DNA of 64,000 nucleotides from Escherichia coli (GTDB lineage Bacteria; Pseudomonadota; Gammaproteobacteria; Enterobacterales; Enterobacteriaceae): NCBI RefSeq assembly GCF_029227855.1, contig NZ_CP074357.1; one strand, 5' to 3'. Shown piece by piece: positions 62,840 to 64,000 of this stretch (position 1 is its first letter; each line of letters starts with the position of its first letter). The notes under the pieces were generated by a model. It saw only the letters and a program-made list of their open reading frames with translations, ran no database searches and was not told where the DNA came from. The position numbers and the translations under genes were made by a program.

Positions 62840-63277
62840 ATGTACAGAAACGACAGAAACGTGGATTCCTTCAACCTGGTTAATGCTCTTCAGCCGGTCT
62901 TTCGTAACACCGGCTGTGGGATATTTGAATACGATCGTAAAAAGCAGAATGAAACCGCTGATTCAATCTTACGAGCGTTGGCGTTAAATGCCGATTTCGC
63001 GAGGGCCTTAAAACAGTACGTCCGGATTAATTCTGTACGACGGGTTGTTCAGTTCGATGACGGCTCGGTTCGCTATGGTATTCATGCCGAATTTGAAGGG
63101 CATGATAAAATTAATTCCTTCCGTATTTTTAAAGATGAAGATACAGACGCATTTGACTCCTATTTTTATTTGGTTTGCGATAATAAAGCTGAGCTGGTGG
63201 ATTTTAAAATGAACTCTCTCGATATTCAATTACAGGCTGTTTTTGAAAAAGTGACAGGTATTTATCTGTCACATTAA
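62840..63277 (+). CDS. Hypothetical protein
   Basis: 145 aa; RBS GGAGG. Confidence 0.5.
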   Translation: MYRNDRNVDSFNLVNALQPVFRNTGCGIFEYDRKKQNETADSILRALALNADFARALKQYVRINSVRRVVQFDDGSVRYGIHAEFEGHDKINSFRIFKDEDTDAFDSYFYLVCDNKAELVDFKMNSLDIQLQAVFEKVTGIYLSH

Positions 63278-63338
63278 ATATTCAAATTTTCAATCCTCGG
63301 GCTGATAGACAAAAAACGCACTTTAGAATAAAGATGAG

Positions 63339-63881
63339 ATGAATATGAAAAACGTAAATATTTTGACTACCGATATCGCGGCCATTAATGCTCTTTCTGG
63401 CGTAGAACTGACGGACTTTCTCACTGCCGGGTATCAGGTAAACTGGTCAGGAGAAAGGGAGGTTTCGCTGGTGGGCTTTCCGTGTTTAGCAAGCAACAAG
63501 CAGCCGGTAGAAGTTGGTCCCGGTATTTTCATTAATCGCGTGTACAGCAAAGACAGCCAGTCTCTGTGCGGGAAATTGCGCTATGACCTGTCTAATGGTC
63601 TGGCATCCGGCGCATTTTCATTTTTCTCCCATTCAGGCTGGTATGGGGGATTCCGTGTCGTATCCTTCCGTGACAACGGGCCAGCTGCGTTGATCAACAT
63701 TGGCATTGTCCATGAAAATGTTTTGAATGCGTTTTGTGCTGACTTCCCCCGGGCCAATGTGAGCGTAAACCGTTTTCATTGTGGCATGACGCTTGAGCAG
63801 ATCCGCATGTTCATTTCAGACACCGCTTACGATATGCCGCTTTATAACAACGAGTCTGACTTTCGCAGGCTCGCCAGTTAG
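63339..63881 (+). CDS. Hypothetical protein
   Basis: 180 aa. Confidence 0.5.
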   Translation: MNMKNVNILTTDIAAINALSGVELTDFLTAGYQVNWSGEREVSLVGFPCLASNKQPVEVGPGIFINRVYSKDSQSLCGKLRYDLSNGLASGAFSFFSHSGWYGGFRVVSFRDNGPAALINIGIVHENVLNAFCADFPRANVSVNRFHCGMTLEQIRMFISDTAYDMPLYNNESDFRRLAS

Positions 63882-64000
63882 CATGGAGACTGGCTTCAGT
63901 GCTTACGCCTAAAAACCAATGAGCGAAGTGGCGGAACCGGTTGGCTTCGCCCAGTTGGCGTGAGCGATTAGTTCTATACGGGAAGAAGTCATAGTATTCT

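Overview
This window reads as a mosaic segment of a large Enterobacterales plasmid; no rRNA, tRNA or CRISPR was seen. It carries two P1/RepFIB-type iteron replicons (repA 2532-3407 minus strand; repA 19934-21022 plus strand). Five insertion sequences have mappable ends: IS100 (63-2016, TSD ATTGG), an IS66-family element (11565-14001, TSD GTTAGGCC), IS903 (14222-15277, no TSD), an IS3-family element (22728-24030, TSD CAG) and IS150 (54888-56330, TSD ACC). Coding content includes three ParB/KorB-like HTH proteins with no ParA, at least four DNA methyltransferases (one Dam-like, two NPPF-type, one beta-class SPPY), a hok toxin, a HigB-type toxin with no canonical antitoxin, a PP-loop (DndC/PAPS-reductase-like) protein, an HNH nuclease, three paralogous ~800-aa secreted proteins and about 40 small, mostly co-oriented ORFs of unknown function. 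The two most striking non-coding signals are a 13-bp palindrome AAAAGT(T/A)ACTTTT found at least 14 times, mostly 100-230 bp upstream of plus-strand genes, and a ~1.9-kb array of about 20 inverted-iteron units downstream of the second repA, split by the IS3-family element. All identifications come from reading the sequence and ORF translations against recalled family signatures; no database search or computation was run, so IS names and family assignments are provisional.
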